Part shown: one piece after another, positions 62,178 to 64,000 of the stretch
How the letters are laid out: each line of letters opens with the position of its first letter
How positions within the stretch are numbered: the first letter of the stretch is position 1
Source of the DNA: Vicugna vicugna
Lineage: Eukaryota
Reading direction: 5' to 3'
DNA length: 64,000 nt
Assembly (NCBI GenBank): GCA_013265495.1
Contig: MU057724.1
Span: forward strand, 248,001 to 312,000
Program-made: the position numbers and the translations under genes
The notes under the pieces: generated by a model
What the model was told of the DNA's origin: nothing
What the model saw: only the letters and a program-made list of their open reading frames with translations
The model's database searches: none

Positions 62178-62367
62178 CTGCTCGCCCGCGCTCTCCGCCA
62201 TCCTCATCCTCATGGAGAACCTGCAGCCGGCGATCAGGGACCACACGTCTCCAGCCGGGGCCTGCACGTCCACCTCTTCCCCAGAGCCCCCGTCTCCGCC
62301 CGCGTTCACACCGCCATCGTCTGGAAGAAGACTAAGCTTCTCCTCTATTTTGCTGAGAAAGAAACAT
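62178..62367 (-). CDS. PRKDC: PRKDC exon ~69 (FAT); CFFLSKIEEKLSLLP...RMAESAGEQ
   Basis: gtag|A acceptor, CAG|gtgggc donor, 190 nt. DNA-PKcs CFFLSKIEEKL motif. Confidence 0.93.
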
Positions 62368-64000
62368 CTACACAAAACAAAGAAGAGTAAGAGTTAGTGC
62401 CAGACTCACGAGAGGAGGCTCCGACACACAGGCCGCTGCGGGGCGGGGTCAGACGGAGGGCGCACGGCTGGTAAACCCGCCCTCGTCTTCAGACTAGGAC
62501 GCTCACGCCCGCCGCAGGATTCACGCTGCATTCTGACGAGCCAAGTCTTGGAAGATCACCAAGGATATTTCAACAGAATTCCCAGGTGCCATTTATTGCT
62601 TCCACCTCCACAAGGTAAAGATTCAGTCACAACCTGCTCTCTTAACAAGCAGACAGCACACTGGGTTGTACGTCAGGTCAACACCGCCTTTCTCCTTTTT
62701 TCTCCAAATCTAAGGTCCCCCCCGAAGGTGGACGGTGTCAGCAGCGGACAGGTTAGAGCCACGTGGAATGGCACAGATGAGGCCGCACTGCTGAGAGGCC
62801 GTCTGTATCACAACCCACACGCCCGACTTGGCTCCGTGACTCTGTTTCCATTATTTTCACGGTCGGTAACACTGACGAGGGGCCTTAACGTGAAAATTCA
62901 CCCCAGTGAGTGACCAGCTAACCCTCTGTTCACCCAGGGGCTAGCTCCCATTCTCTCGGGAGCGCTGCGGCATGTCTCATGCCCCCGGGATCTCCCGCTC
63001 CAGTCACGGACCTGCTCTGCGCTCCTCCCCGCCCCCTCCCGCCCAAGGGCCAGGCAAGGGAGCTGGTGCGAACCAGGTACTCGGTACCGCCCAGAGACGG
63101 AGGGGCGGCTGAGGCAGGAGGCTGCGCTGCGGCGTGAACGGGGCTCACGGTTAGGGTGGTGGGGGCCAGGAGGACACGTCCTCTCCCTCTCCCAGGGGCC
63201 TCCTCCTGGCTCTGAAGAACACACTCTGCTCCAGGCGGCCGAGTAAGGAAGCCCCGGGGAAGCAACAAAGTGAACACAGGCAGGACTGTTTCGGCACCTG
63301 CCATTCCTGGGTCAGCCTGGGAGAAGGAAGCCAGGAAGGGCACCCTCTTCCCCAAAACAGCAGAGCCCCGGGTCTGGCCCTGCCCGTGTCCTGCTGCTGC
63401 TAACCAGTGGCAGCGCTGGTCAAAACGCAGCCCCGCGCACCCCGCACTGGCCCACCGGCCGTGGAAGGTTCGCCACCGGACGGGCTCCTGTTCTCTTCCT
63501 TACATGAGGGGCCCTCAACAAGGCCGCCCCGGGGACCAAGGGTCTGACAGTCCCTGAAGCGCAGCGCCTGGAGAAACCGAGCACGGCAGTGGGAACGGGG
63601 TCCGAGCCAGAGAAGGAGCCCCAGCCCCGAACATGAAGCCACAGGGGCCGCAGCGACCGGACGCCATGTGTGCAGAGCTGACTGAGAACTGAACCGAGCC
63701 TGAGGCAGCAGAGAGCAGGACAGAGCCCACGTCCCAGTGTGACCGGGCTGACCGCCTGCCGGGCAGAGCAACTAATGTCGTCCTGGGAGCCGCACAGGGA
63801 CTCGGAGTCCACGCCAGGGAACATCCACATTTGCTACGATACAACCCAAAATTAATGGATGTTCAAAGAACCAAGGAAACGTATCCATTTTCAGTGGAAA
63901 GGACAAGGAAGCAGGCATCAACTCCAAGCTGACCCACAGGCTGGAAGGGTCGTGTAAGGGCCCTAACACAGCTATTTTAACTATCGCCAATGAGCCAAGA

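Noticed and set aside
43898..62367. PRKDC pseudogenisation suggested by high divergence
   Set aside because: All 18 exons splice in frame with GT-AG sites, and the catalytic Lys, DRH-x-x-N, DFG and FATC terminus are intact.
60183..63990. Many 100-190 aa ORFs in PRKDC introns
   Set aside because: No recognisable domains, mutually overlapping, and explained by high GC content and eroded L1 sequence.
1..64000. CRISPR array, operon or prokaryotic defence-type system
   Set aside because: No regularly spaced repeats or dense gene packing. The sequence is spliced mammalian DNA.

Overview
Mammalian (eukaryotic, intron-containing) genomic DNA covering the conserved SPIDR - CEBPD - PRKDC neighbourhood. 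Left: the last four coding exons of SPIDR on the + strand (10016-15300). Centre: the complete, intronless CEBPD gene on the - strand (CDS 16852-17622) in a CpG island with a recognisable STAT/GC-box/CRE-like/TAGAAAA promoter. Right: the last 18 coding exons of PRKDC (DNA-PKcs; FAT end, FRB-like region, kinase, FATC) on the - strand (62367 down to 43898). I checked these exons by hand: all have GT-AG boundaries and consistent reading phases, and the catalytic residues are intact. The rest is mostly nested LINE-1 remnants, tRNA-Ala-derived SINEs of the camelid Vic-1 type (so the source is probably a camel, alpaca or llama; inference) and Tigger/MER DNA-transposon fossils. Nearly all ORFs in the supplied track are spurious. 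I found no convincing new multi-gene system. The best leads are: apparent loss of the +4 serine of the C/EBP-delta FBXW7 phosphodegron; a strong, patchy AT-to-GC signature in PRKDC exons and old L1s; two PRKDC exons whose acceptors double as strong donors; a cluster of STAT/bZIP sites downstream of CEBPD; and a sense SINE supplying AATAAA in the PRKDC 3' UTR. Comparisons with human, cattle and mouse proteins are from memory and need alignment. Exon numbers are counted back from the terminal exon, assuming human-like counts (PRKDC 86, SPIDR 20). Repeat boundaries are approximate.
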